Part shown: positions 20,819 to 30,770 of the stretch, piece after piece
Numbering within the stretch: position 1 is the stretch's first letter
Layout of the letters: the number at the start of each line of letters is the position of its first letter
The notes under the pieces: generated by a model
Seen by the model: the letters and a program-made list of their open reading frames with translations, nothing else
Told to the model about the DNA's origin: nothing
The model's database searches: none
Program-made: the position numbers and the translations under genes
Source of the DNA: Nostoc sp.
Lineage (GTDB): Bacteria > Cyanobacteriota > Cyanobacteriia > Cyanobacteriales > Nostocaceae
Assembly (NCBI GenBank): GCA_036918135.1
Contig: JBALDB010000053.1
Span: forward strand, 32,001 to 96,000
Reading direction: 5' to 3'
Length of the DNA: 64,000 nucleotides

Positions 20819-21343
20819 CTCTAGAGTAGAGTGATTAGAAGTATTTAGTAATCGTGCCAGTCATGGATTGTTAATTTTAAAATGAGTGATTTAATTGATA
20901 AGACCATTTTATTTATTGTAGTAAGAACCACAGAAAATTACTGTAATAGTACTAAGCGACTGGAAGCTACCCAGTAGTATCAGGCAATGTAAGTCACAGC
21001 TACACGAGACTTTACTCACTTGCCTTAGGTTTCAAATTCCTTGAGTCCGCAGAGCCAAAAAGAGTTTGTGTGCAACATCAATCGCGATTTCTAATCGTTG
21101 GGAGTAGGTGTAATATCTTGGTTTGTCTATGTTCATTTCACTACTAATTGCCCATTGTCGATTCCGCAAAACGTTGAATTATTGTTGCAACTCTTAATGT
21201 TTAGCTTACTAGTTTCTTACCCGTACCTTGGTAGACTGAACTTTATACAAATCAATTATTGTCGGCTGTTGAGTTTTGCCAGACTGTTATCTTTGGCTTT
21301 CTGGTGTACTCAAGATAATAAAGACACTCATTACAATCAAGAC

Positions 21344-22420
21344 ATGGTAGATTCCCTCAAAAAACCAGGCTTTGAAGAAATACGGCCAGGAATTAAAGTC
21401 CCGGCAAAAGAAACCCTGTTAACACCTCGGTTTTACACTACCGATTTTGATGAAATGGCACGGATGGATATTTCGGTCAACGAAGACGAGTTAAGAGCCA
21501 TTCTCCAAGAGTTTCGCGCTGACTACAACCGCCATCACTTTGTTCGGGATGCCGAGTTTGAACAATCCTGGGATCATATTGATGGAGAAACTCGCCGATT
21601 ATTTGTTGAATTTCTAGAACGTTCCTGTACGGCAGAGTTTTCCGGATTTTTGCTCTACAAAGAACTCGGCCGTCGCTTGAAAGACAAAAGCCCTGTCTTA
21701 GCAGAATGCTTTAATCTGATGTCACGGGATGAAGCACGTCACGCTGGCTTTTTGAATAAAGCTATGTCTGACTTTAATCTGTCTCTAGATTTAGGGTTTT
21801 TGACTAAGAGCCGCAATTATACCTTCTTTAAGCCGAAATTTATCTTTTACGCCACCTATCTTTCTGAGAAGATTGGTTATTGGCGCTATATCACCATTTA
21901 TCGCCATTTAGAAGCACATCCCGAAGACCGGATTTATCCGATTTTCCGGTTCTTTGAAAACTGGTGTCAAGATGAAAACCGTCACGGTGATTTCTTTGAT
22001 GCGGTGATGAAATCCCAACCGCAAATGCTCAATGATTGGAAAGCGCGGCTATGGAGTCGGTTCTTCCTGTTGTCGGTGTTTGTAACAATGTATCTCAATG
22101 ACATTCAACGTAAGGACTTTTACGCCAGTCTTGGGCTGGATGCGCGAGAATACGACATACATGTAATTAAAAAGACCAACGAAACCGCAGGTAGAGTCTT
22201 CCCGCTGATGCTGGATGTGGAAAATCCAGAGTTTTATGGACGGTTGGACACTTGTATCAGCAATAATGAGAAGCTGAGTGCGATCGCCAACTCTAACACT
22301 CCCAAATTCTTACAATTCTTCCAAAAACTGCCACTTTACATCTCCAATGGCTGGCAGTTATTGGGGCTGTACTTGATGAAACCGATTGATGCTGCTGCTG
22401 CTCAAGGCGCAGCTCGCTAA
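21344..22420 (+). CDS. acsF: Mg-protoporphyrin IX monomethyl ester oxidative cyclase
   Basis: [43 protein letters not shown]; start placed at MVDSLKK. Confidence 0.97.
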   Translation: MVDSLKKPGFEEIRPGIKVPAKETLLTPRFYTTDFDEMARMDISVNEDELRAILQEFRADYNRHHFVRDAEFEQSWDHIDGETRRLFVEFLERSCTAEFSGFLLYKELGRRLKDKSPVLAECFNLMSRDEARHAGFLNKAMSDFNLSLDLGFLTKSRNYTFFKPKFIFYATYLSEKIGYWRYITIYRHLEAHPEDRIYPIFRFFENWCQDENRHGDFFDAVMKSQPQMLNDWKARLWSRFFLLSVFVTMYLNDIQRKDFYASLGLDAREYDIHVIKKTNETAGRVFPLMLDVENPEFYGRLDTCISNNEKLSAIANSNTPKFLQFFQKLPLYISNGWQLLGLYLMKPIDAAAAQGAAR

Positions 22421-22445
22421 ATAATAATAGGTTTGCAAAAGCTTT

Positions 22446-22477
22446 AGTGGTTCTGTTGATTGCGGAACCACTTTTTT
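22446..22477 (+). terminator. Intrinsic terminator after acsF
   Basis: agtggttc...gaaccact followed by a T-run. Confidence 0.75.
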
Positions 22478-22488
22478 ATTATGAAAAA

Positions 22489-22506
22489 AGTACCCTCAGG
22501 GGTACT
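22489..22506. promoter_or_regulatory. Palindromic operator candidate upstream of the ATP-grasp cluster
   Basis: AGTACCC-tcag-GGGTACT perfect 7-4-7 inverted repeat. Confidence 0.45.
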
Positions 22507-22564
22507 ATTCGTCACTAGGTTGAGGCAATTAGATTAGAGATGTAGTTTATATGTAATCAAGCAT

Positions 22565-23455
22565 ATGACAGATATCTCAAACGGAACTGAAATTATCAGA
22601 AAATCCGAACCAACTTTGGTTTCAACCTTTGAACTGCTAGTCAAACCAATTACACCCGCTACCGCTCCTGGTACTGAAGCTGTTGCTCGCACAGTTATCC
22701 AAGGTTACTTTTTGACTATCGCGAATACTAGCAGCTTTGATGTCAAACTGACGTTGCGATTTACTGCAACTACACCTGAATTAAATCTAACCGACACTGT
22801 GACAATCAGTGATGTCAAAGGAACTAATGATTTTAGCGATTTAACGCCTGTTCCAGGCGATCCTAGCAGATTTACCTTCTGTGTGGGCATTGGAGCTAAT
22901 GACACAGCTTTGATTACCTTACTGCCTGATGTCACCAACATAGACATCATCAGAGCAGCAAACCTAGAGATTCGCGGATATGTGGAAATCTTTATAAATT
23001 CTCCTTCTGCGGCTACCCCAGTTAATCTGCTGTTGACGCCTGAACATAGAGGCACATTCCTGCCTCAGAATTTAGACGCTCCTAATCTTGATTTCGATCA
23101 ATTGGCGTATTCTTTACCCACATCTACTGGTGGGAGCCTGTTTAAGCTTTCAGGCCCACCAGTGGTCAAAATTAACAAGGAACTGAAGATTGAAGTCAAA
23201 GAAGTCGTCGAAAAACGTCCCAAAGAGAAAGACTTGGAGAAAGTTCAGGCTGAGAAGCTTCCTGAAACAGATCAACTTGCAAATCCTACTCCAGTAGAGG
23301 CTGCAAATGACTTACGACAGCTAATTGGTTTGATGGCTCAACGTCTCGACCAAATAGAACAGCGCACAGCAAATGGTCAAAATGGGAAATCTTTCATCCA
23401 AGCCAAAGAACGCCCAAGTGTTGGTCAACAAGTAGTTAATCAACCAAGGATTTAA
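22565..23455 (+). CDS. Hypothetical protein: beta-rich N-terminal domain, Lys/Glu-rich segment and C-terminal FIxxxERPxVG motif; candidate ATP-grasp substrate
   Basis: KINKELKIEVKEVVEKRPKEKDLEKVQAEKLPETD; LDQIEQR...SFIQAKERPSVG; 6 bp gap to the next gene. Confidence 0.7.
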   Translation: MTDISNGTEIIRKSEPTLVSTFELLVKPITPATAPGTEAVARTVIQGYFLTIANTSSFDVKLTLRFTATTPELNLTDTVTISDVKGTNDFSDLTPVPGDPSRFTFCVGIGANDTALITLLPDVTNIDIIRAANLEIRGYVEIFINSPSAATPVNLLLTPEHRGTFLPQNLDAPNLDFDQLAYSLPTSTGGSLFKLSGPPVVKINKELKIEVKEVVEKRPKEKDLEKVQAEKLPETDQLANPTPVEAANDLRQLIGLMAQRLDQIEQRTANGQNGKSFIQAKERPSVGQQVVNQPRI

Positions 23456-23461
23456 GCAAGC

Positions 23462-24211
23462 GTGTTAGTTGTTGTCGCCAGTCGCCATGACAAAGCCGCC
23501 CAGGCGCTGGTTGCTAATTGGTCGGCTTATGGTGCCAGTCTCCTGACACCCGAAGATTTGTCTGTGGTTGGATGGCGACACTATGTCAGGGGTGAGGGAG
23601 ATGGGGGAGATGAGGGAGAAAATACTACCTCATCCTCCTCATCCTCCTCAGCAGTGGTAGGTGGAGTTATGATTGCTCTTGAGCAAATTACTGGCGTCTT
23701 GACTCGCCTACCTTCCATTTTTGAACAGGAACTTCTGCACATTATCCCTGAAGACCGAGTATATGTAGCTGCGGAAATGAATGCGTTTTTAATTTCCTGG
23801 TTATCGAGTTTAAAATGTCCAGTCTTGAACAGACCAACGCCAACATATTTGTTAGGGCCTGCTTGGCGACCGGAACAGTGGGTTTATGCGGCTGCTCAAC
23901 TCGGTATTCGAGTACGTCCGGTGCGACGGCAAAGTTCACTGTTGGCTAGTGTGCGTCACCAAGTGATGGAAAAACCTGGGGTAAAAGTAACGGTGGTAGG
24001 CACGCGCTGTTTGGGTGAAGTTGAAAAACCCCTGGCATCTCACGCCAGACGCGTCGCTGATGCTGCTCAAGTTGATTTGTTGACTGTTCATTTTAGCAGT
24101 AGCGAATCCTCAGCAGAGTTTTTGGGTGCTGACTTATGGGCTGATATATCTGCACCAGATGTAGCCGATGCCATACTTGAGTATTTGAGTGGAGGTGATG
24201 CCAAATGCTAA
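23462..24211 (+). CDS. Degenerate ATP-grasp-fold protein
   Basis: DRVYVAAEMNAFLISWL..LKCPVLNRP and VTVVG resemble graspetide ligases, but the ExN motif is missing; overlaps the next gene. Confidence 0.6.
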   Translation: MLVVVASRHDKAAQALVANWSAYGASLLTPEDLSVVGWRHYVRGEGDGGDEGENTTSSSSSSSAVVGGVMIALEQITGVLTRLPSIFEQELLHIIPEDRVYVAAEMNAFLISWLSSLKCPVLNRPTPTYLLGPAWRPEQWVYAAAQLGIRVRPVRRQSSLLASVRHQVMEKPGVKVTVVGTRCLGEVEKPLASHARRVADAAQVDLLTVHFSSSESSAEFLGADLWADISAPDVADAILEYLSGGDAKC

Positions 24212-25146
24212 TTTTATTGTGGGGTATTACCGAAGAATCTCCCTTGGCGGCAGTCCACTTAGAACTGACTCGGCTGAACATACCTACAGTATTCCTCGAC
24301 CAACGAGATATTTTGGATACTGAACTGGAACTTTCTGTAAACAATGTCTCAGAATTACCAGTTCAAGGACAAATTCGTACTTGGTATCAAAAAATAAACT
24401 TGCATGAAATTACTGCCGCCTACCTGCGTCCTTATGACTCGCGTCGCCTTCCCCAAATAGCCCAAGCTGGTGTAAATAGTCCAGCTTGGCAACATGCGAT
24501 CGCAGTTGATGATGCTCTGATGGGTTGGTCAGAAATTACACCCGCATTTGTCATCAACCGTCCGTCAGCGATGGCTGCTAATGGTTGCAAACCTTACCAA
24601 CTAGAACAAATTCGCTCGCTCGGCTTTAAAGTTCCCGAAACCCTTGTTACCACAGACCCCGAAGCTGTGCGAGCTTTTTGGCAACATCACGGCAATGTCA
24701 TTTATAAATCAATTAGTGGTATTCGTAGTCAAGTCTCGCGTTTGGCAGCTGAGCATTTAAAGCGACTGGAAAATGTATCTTGGTGTCCGACTCAGTTTCA
24801 GCAGTACATAGCGGGTAGAGATTATCGCGTCCATGTCGTAGGTGCAGAGATTTTCGCCAGCGAGGTAATTTCTCAAGCTGATGATTATCGTTACGCGGCA
24901 CAAGAGGGCGAATCTACAGAAATTCGTGCTTGTCATCTGCCCCAAGAAGTAGAACAGCAGTGTAGAGGATTGGCAAAAGCGATAAATCTACCCCTTTGCG
25001 GCATTGATTTGCGCCGGACACCTGAAGGTGAATGGTATTGTTTTGAAGTTAATCCTTCACCTGGATTTACTTATTACCAACAGTTTACAGGTCAGGGGAT
25101 TAGTAGTGCGATCGCTAATTTGCTAGCAGGCAGAAATCGCATTTAA
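24205..25146 (+). CDS. RimK/MvdD-like ATP-grasp ligase
   Basis: VINRP, KPYQL, KVPETLVT, IYKSISG, PTQFQQYI, DYRVHVVG, GIDL, FEVNPSPGF. Confidence 0.9.
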   Translation: MLILLWGITEESPLAAVHLELTRLNIPTVFLDQRDILDTELELSVNNVSELPVQGQIRTWYQKINLHEITAAYLRPYDSRRLPQIAQAGVNSPAWQHAIAVDDALMGWSEITPAFVINRPSAMAANGCKPYQLEQIRSLGFKVPETLVTTDPEAVRAFWQHHGNVIYKSISGIRSQVSRLAAEHLKRLENVSWCPTQFQQYIAGRDYRVHVVGAEIFASEVISQADDYRYAAQEGESTEIRACHLPQEVEQQCRGLAKAINLPLCGIDLRRTPEGEWYCFEVNPSPGFTYYQQFTGQGISSAIANLLAGRNRI

Positions 25147-25402
25147 TTTTGCAGTTCTTCGAGTTATGTTGATTTTTCCATCCTAATTACATCTGTTGTA
25201 AATGCTGGATGCTTAGCTGCTTCAGCTTCGTAAGGGATTGACAAAAAAATATTCCACTGTTGACAACTCATCAGTCACAGTCAAAAAATTTGAGATTATT
25301 AATATCTTTGGTCAGCTCGCTTACGCACTTATTCCGACACCTTAGTAATATCTTTAGTGAAACCCAACATTACATTTAAGTTAACGTTGGGTTTCATTTA
25401 AT

Positions 25403-26146
25403 TTAACTAACCTGATTATTTGGTGGTGTTGCATCCGGTGGCGTTTCGGATGGCGAAGCTAGCGGTGCATCTGGAGCAATTTGCTGAGGAAAAATCTGTT
25501 CTTGGTTCTCAGTTTGAGTATCTGCTTCCACTGGTTCCACCACTTCCCAGGATGGGGGATTTGGTGGAATCGCTTCTGGTACACTCTCGGTTTTTGCTTG
25601 GGTATCGGTAGTAGCGACAGTCTTCTGTGCTGGTTGTTCTGGTATGGCAGTAGTATTGTCGATAATCTCAACAGCAGGTTGCTCCCTCAGTACAGAGGTA
25701 ATATCTTCAGGTTTGGGCTTTGTGGATGGCTTTGAACTCACACTTTGTTGCACCTTGTCTTTCACGCCACTCAAGGTGCTACCAATATCCTGTTGCAACT
25801 GACCTAGCCGTTCCTGAAAGGACAATTTATTTACCTGTTCCTGAATGCCAGTTTTCACTGTCTCAGGACTAGGTACTTGGGTTTGTTGTGCCTGTGGTGT
25901 TAGTTGCCGACGTAACGAAAGAGTTTGCCAGCCAAACCAGACCAAAAGAGCGACGCTAGCCACATGACCCAGCAATAAACCTCCAGTAATGCGTGGTGCA
26001 AACACCCATAAGACTAAGGCGTAGAACAGCCCGACACCACTCCAAATAAAATCATTCTTGCGGTGTATTTCTGGGAAAAAGAAAGCTGCTATGTAAATGG
26101 CTAAACTACCAAGACCGACCACCAAAGCTAGGACATATGCCAGCAT
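25403..26146 (-). CDS. ycf66: Ycf66 family protein
   Basis: MLAYVLA...FFFPEIHRKNDFIWSGVGLFYALVLW...QTLSLRR; the ORF-track extension is repeat-derived. Confidence 0.85.
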   Translation of the reverse strand: MLAYVLALVVGLGSLAIYIAAFFFPEIHRKNDFIWSGVGLFYALVLWVFAPRITGGLLLGHVASVALLVWFGWQTLSLRRQLTPQAQQTQVPSPETVKTGIQEQVNKLSFQERLGQLQQDIGSTLSGVKDKVQQSVSSKPSTKPKPEDITSVLREQPAVEIIDNTTAIPEQPAQKTVATTDTQAKTESVPEAIPPNPPSWEVVEPVEADTQTENQEQIFPQQIAPDAPLASPSETPPDATPPNNQVS

Positions 26147-26164
26147 TATTGGGTTACTCCTTTG

Positions 26165-26303
26165 ACTAGGGATTGGGTATGGGGCATGGAGTATTGGGTA
26201 AACAGGAAGTATGGGAGGGGTGGGAGGTGTGGGAGGATGGGGAAGAAATCTTTCCCCCGTCTCTCCCCACACTCCCCACACTCCCTCATCCCCCATTCCC
26301 CAC
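26165..26303. repeat. STRR G-rich/C-rich inverted tract
   Basis: gggaggggtgggaggtgtgggagg...ccccacactccccacactccc; similar at 53580-53756 and 62080-62173. Confidence 0.8.
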
Positions 26304-26463
26304 TCTCAATTGTTGATTTAGATACAACTTAAAATTAATTATCTGTGTTAGTTGTGGATTTTTGTCGTTTACATTAACTCTTAAGGTCTTCTTTAGGAGA
26401 GAAGCGAAAAACTCGGACTACCCTAAAGATAAAAGGATCTGCAAGAGTTAGCCAAACAAATTT

Positions 26464-27957
26464 ATGACACTACAAAGCTTTGGTGTGATTGGATTAGCCG
26501 TTATGGGCGAGAACATCGCTCTGAACGTCGAGCGTAATGGCTTCCCAATTGCAGTTTACAACCGCTCGCGCGAAAAAACGGATGCCTTTATGGCGGAGCG
26601 TGCCCCAGGACGGAACGTCAAAGCCGCTTTTAACCTAGAAGAATTTGTCGCCGCTTTGGAACGTCCCCGTAAAATTCTAGTGATGGTGCAAGCTGGTAAG
26701 CCAGTAGATGCAGTAATTTCTCAACTCCGACCTTTGCTAGATGAAGGCGATATCATTATCGACGGTGGCAACTCTTGGTTTGAAGATACAGAACGACGCA
26801 CTCAGGAATTAGAACCCGCTGGACTTCGGTTTATCGGTATGGGTGTTAGTGGTGGTGAAGAAGGTGCGCTAAATGGCCCTTCACTGATGCCAGGAGGTAC
26901 AGAAAGCTCCTACGAATATCTGTCACCAATTTTTAATAAAATTGCTGCCCAAGTTGATGATGGCCCTTGCGTAACCTATTGCGGTCCTGGTGGTGCTGGC
27001 CACTACGTCAAAATGGTACACAACGGCATTGAGTACGGCGATATGCAGTTGATTGCAGAAGCATACGACTTGCTGAAAAATGCTGCTGGATTAGATCACA
27101 ATCAGCTACACGAAGTTTTTGCCGAGTGGAACACCACCGACGAACTCAATTCGTTTTTGATTGAAATTACGTCAAAGATTTTCCCTTACATTGACCCAGA
27201 AACAAATCTACCTTTGGTCGATTTGATTGTTGATGCCGCAGGGCAAAAGGGAACCGGACGTTGGACAGTACAAACTGCAATGGATTTGGGGGTTGCTGTT
27301 CCGACAATGATTGCAGCGGTGAACGCGCGGATCATGTCTTCTTTCAAAAAAGAGCGGGTAGCAGCATCCAAGATACTTACAGGCCCTTCTGGTAAGTATG
27401 AGGGAGATACCAAAGCCTTTATCAACATGGTGCGGGATGCCCTGTATTGCTCAAAAATCTGTTCTTACGCTCAGGGCATGGCACTATTGGCTACAGCTTC
27501 AAAAGCCTACAATTTTAACTTGAATTTAGGTGAATTGGCGCGGATTTGGAAGGGTGGCTGTATTATTCGTGCTGGATTTTTGAATAAGATTAAGAACGCA
27601 TTTAACGTAAATCCTGCGCCACCTAACCTGCTGTTGGCTCCAGAATTCAAGCAGACGATTCTTGACAGACAAACAGCTTGGCGCGAAGTGTTGGTAACAT
27701 CAGCAAAACTGGGAATTCCAGTACCAGCATTCAGTGCCTCATTAGATTATTTTGACAGCTATCGACGCGATCGCTTGCCCCAAAACCTCACTCAAGCCCA
27801 ACGCGATTACTTCGGGGCGCACACCTACGAGCGACTTGATAAGCCCGGAGTCTTCCACACCGAATGGACACCAATTTCTGAAGCATCAGTACAAACTTCT
27901 ACACCAAGAGAGCTGCAAACTTCAGAACCAACTACACCTACAACATCTTCAAATTAG
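26464..27957 (+). CDS. gnd: 6-phosphogluconate dehydrogenase (NADP-dependent, decarboxylating)
   Basis: GLAVMG, VKMVHNGIEYGDMQ, QKGTG, QRDYFGAHTY. Confidence 0.98.
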   Translation: MTLQSFGVIGLAVMGENIALNVERNGFPIAVYNRSREKTDAFMAERAPGRNVKAAFNLEEFVAALERPRKILVMVQAGKPVDAVISQLRPLLDEGDIIIDGGNSWFEDTERRTQELEPAGLRFIGMGVSGGEEGALNGPSLMPGGTESSYEYLSPIFNKIAAQVDDGPCVTYCGPGGAGHYVKMVHNGIEYGDMQLIAEAYDLLKNAAGLDHNQLHEVFAEWNTTDELNSFLIEITSKIFPYIDPETNLPLVDLIVDAAGQKGTGRWTVQTAMDLGVAVPTMIAAVNARIMSSFKKERVAASKILTGPSGKYEGDTKAFINMVRDALYCSKICSYAQGMALLATASKAYNFNLNLGELARIWKGGCIIRAGFLNKIKNAFNVNPAPPNLLLAPEFKQTILDRQTAWREVLVTSAKLGIPVPAFSASLDYFDSYRRDRLPQNLTQAQRDYFGAHTYERLDKPGVFHTEWTPISEASVQTSTPRELQTSEPTTPTTSSN

Positions 27958-27981
27958 AGAGTTTTAGATTGTAAATTTGAG

Positions 27982-28011
27982 AATGACTCTGAATTTCAGA
28001 GTCATTTTTTT
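27982..28011 (+). terminator. Intrinsic terminator after gnd
   Basis: aatgactctga-att-tcagagtcatt followed by a T-run. Confidence 0.75.
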
Positions 28012-28344
28012 ATTAATGCTGAGTTATGGCAGGAGGCAGGAAGCAGTCCTGATGAAACAAGTTTCACCACCAAGCATGAAAAATGTATTTTCCCCTACAC
28101 CTTTACACCCCTCTTTCAAGTCAGGAGGTAAAACTATTACTATTCTTAGCATTCACGCTTGTCATTATGTTCTAAGCTTTGTGACTACCGCTCTGACGGG
28201 ACAAAGCTTATAATAGCTTGACTTCAAACCTTTTAATAGAATACGATTATAGATTGTCTGTCTAATTCCTGCTCGGAACAGGTAGACACATTAGCAAAAG
28301 CTGGCAAAACCAGCTACCTGTACGGCAACTTCAAGGACAATTTC

Positions 28345-28749
28345 ATGACCTACGCAATTATTGAAACTGGCGGCAAACAAGTACGAGTTGAGCCAGGGCG
28401 GTTTTATGATATTGAGCTGCTTACAGCCCAACCAGATGAAAAAGTGACAATAGAATCAGTATTATTCGTGCAGCACGATGGCGAAGTCACCATTGGCCAG
28501 CCGCTAGTGTCAGGTGCGACTGTAGAAGGGACTGTACTGCGACATCTCAGAGGTCGTAAAGTCCTGGTATACAAAATGAAACCGAAAAAGAAAACCCGCA
28601 AAAAGCGCGGACATCGCCAAGAAATTACTAGACTTTTCATTGACTCCATTACTCTTAACGGTACGGTGTTTGCTGCCGAAGCGGCAACGGATGAAAGTCC
28701 TGTCGTAGACGAAACTCCTGCCCAAGAAGCTGAAACCGTTGCAGAATAA
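28345..28749 (+). CDS. rplU: 50S ribosomal protein L21
   Basis: MTYAIIETGGKQ, KKRGHRQ. Confidence 0.98.
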   Translation: MTYAIIETGGKQVRVEPGRFYDIELLTAQPDEKVTIESVLFVQHDGEVTIGQPLVSGATVEGTVLRHLRGRKVLVYKMKPKKKTRKKRGHRQEITRLFIDSITLNGTVFAAEAATDESPVVDETPAQEAETVAE

Positions 28750-28779
28750 TAAATAGAAGTAGATACACAAAAGGAAATC

Positions 28780-29061
28780 ATGGCTCATAAGAAAGGAACA
28801 GGTAGTACACGCAACGGTCGTGATTCTAACGCCCAACGCTTAGGTGTCAAACGTTATGGTGGTCAGACTGTACGTGCAGGAAATATTCTCGTGCGTCAAC
28901 GCGGCACCAAATTTCACCCTGGTAACAACGTTGGTATTGGTAGCGATGACACTCTATTTGCTTTAATCGACGGTGTAGTAACGTTTGAAAGAAAGGGTAA
29001 AACCCGGAAAAAAGTTAGTGTTTACTCAGTTGCAACCGCTGCCGAGCCAGTAGCAAGTTAG
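28780..29061 (+). CDS. rpmA: 50S ribosomal protein L27
   Basis: [16 protein letters not shown]. Confidence 0.99.
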   Translation: MAHKKGTGSTRNGRDSNAQRLGVKRYGGQTVRAGNILVRQRGTKFHPGNNVGIGSDDTLFALIDGVVTFERKGKTRKKVSVYSVATAAEPVAS

Positions 29062-29200
29062 AGTGATGAAGGTGGGTGAGAGTGCCCACCTTACTCGCTG
29101 ATACTAATTTTGCGTGCTGAAAATCATCTCTGTGGTTTCACCCATGCGAATCTCCCGACTCATCTGCTAGAGATGCTAAAGGTTTACTGTTATATAACAA

Positions 29201-30730
29201 ATGCTTGCTAGAGTCTGGAGTGCATCAATTGTTGGTATCGATGCTGTTAAAGTAGGGGTGGAAGTCGATGTGTCAGGAGGATTACCGGGAATTGTGGTCT
29301 TGGGACTTCCTGATTCGGCGATTCAGGAATCGAGAGAAAGAGTTAAGGCAACGCTAAAGAATGCAGGTTTTGCCTTTCCCATGCGAAAAATTGTGATTAA
29401 TTTAACTCCAGCAGATTTACGCAAGGAAGGCCCTTGTTTCGATTTACCTATTAGCATGGGAATTTTGGCGGCTTCTGAACAAGTTAGCGCTGATTTATTC
29501 GGGGATTATTTATTCTTAGGGGAAGTCTCTCTCGATGGGACTTTACGTCCGGTAGCTGGTGTATTGCCGATCGCTGCTGCTGCCGAAAAGATGGGAATCG
29601 TAGGTTTAGTTCTCCCTGCCGATAATGCTCAAGAAGCGGCAGTGGTTCAAGGTTTGTCTGTTTATGGCTGCCAACATCTCTGTGATGTGGTGAATTTTTT
29701 AAATAATCCGGGGCGTTATCAACCCGTGCAGATGGATGGCACAAAGGAAATGGCAACAGTAGCCAACCCTAGCGCAGATTTACAAGATGTCAAAGGACAG
29801 ACTCACGCGCGTCGTGCTTTAGAAATTGCTGCTGCTGGCGGACATAATTTAATTTTTGTCGGCCCGCCTGGTAGTGGTAAAACCATGCTAGCAAGAAGGT
29901 TACCGGGAATTTTGCCCCCTCTGAGTTTTGCCGAATCTTTGGAAGTGACTCGCATTCACTCGGTGGCTGGTTTATTGAAAAATCGCGGTTCTTTGGTACG
30001 CGATCGCCCTTTTCGCAGTCCGCACCACTCAGCATCCGGCCCTTCTCTAGTAGGGGGTGGTAGCTTTCCTCGTCCGGGTGAAATTTCTTTATCTCACAAC
30101 GGCATATTATTCTTAGATGAATTAACAGAATTTAAACGTGATGTTTTAGAATTTCTACGTCAACCTTTGGAAGATGGTTACGTGACAATTTCTCGCACCA
30201 AATTATCGGTAATGTTTCCGGCGCAATTTACTTTGGTGGCGAGTACCAATCCCTGTCCTTGCGGTTACTATGGCGATACTATTCAACAGTGTACTTGTTC
30301 TCCCCGGCAACGCGAGCAATATTGGGCAAAACTATCTGGGCCGTTGATGGATCGGATTGATTTACAAGTGGCGGTGAATCGCTTGAAACCAGAAGAAATT
30401 ACCCAGCAACCGACGGGAGAAGCTTCAACATCGGTGCGCCAACGAGTAGAACAAGCACGCGATCGCGCAATTACCCGTTTTCAAACAGAAGCAAATCTGC
30501 GTTGCAATGCCCAAATGCAAAGTAGTCATCTGCAAAAATGGTGCAAACTAGATGATGGAAGTCGTAATTTATTAGAAGCGGCAATTAGAAAACTAGGTTT
30601 ATCAGCCAGAGCAAGCGATCGCATTCTCAAAGTAGCACGAACGATTGCAGATTTAGCAGCAGAGGAAAAGCTCAAAGCCAATCATGTGGCGGAAGCAATT
30701 CAATATCGCACAATTGATAGAATGCAATAA
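29201..30730 (+). CDS. comM: YifB/ComM Mg-chelatase-like AAA+ protein
   Basis: GLPDSAIQESRERV, GPPGSGKTM, FRSPHHS, NPCPCG, LSGPLMDRID. Confidence 0.93.
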   Translation: MLARVWSASIVGIDAVKVGVEVDVSGGLPGIVVLGLPDSAIQESRERVKATLKNAGFAFPMRKIVINLTPADLRKEGPCFDLPISMGILAASEQVSADLFGDYLFLGEVSLDGTLRPVAGVLPIAAAAEKMGIVGLVLPADNAQEAAVVQGLSVYGCQHLCDVVNFLNNPGRYQPVQMDGTKEMATVANPSADLQDVKGQTHARRALEIAAAGGHNLIFVGPPGSGKTMLARRLPGILPPLSFAESLEVTRIHSVAGLLKNRGSLVRDRPFRSPHHSASGPSLVGGGSFPRPGEISLSHNGILFLDELTEFKRDVLEFLRQPLEDGYVTISRTKLSVMFPAQFTLVASTNPCPCGYYGDTIQQCTCSPRQREQYWAKLSGPLMDRIDLQVAVNRLKPEEITQQPTGEASTSVRQRVEQARDRAITRFQTEANLRCNAQMQSSHLQKWCKLDDGSRNLLEAAIRKLGLSARASDRILKVARTIADLAAEEKLKANHVAEAIQYRTIDRMQ

Positions 30731-30770
30731 TTAGGTTTTGAATTAACATATTTATGGATATAAACCGCCG

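Noticed and set aside
20987..21003. Possible NtcA box (GTA...TAC) upstream of acsF
   Set aside because: The spacer is 9 nt rather than the canonical 8
21098..21343. N-terminal extension of AcsF in the ORF track
   Set aside because: The conserved protein starts at MVDSLKK (21344); the extension looks non-coding
26147..26296. N-terminal extension of Ycf66
   Set aside because: It is a translation of STRR repeats
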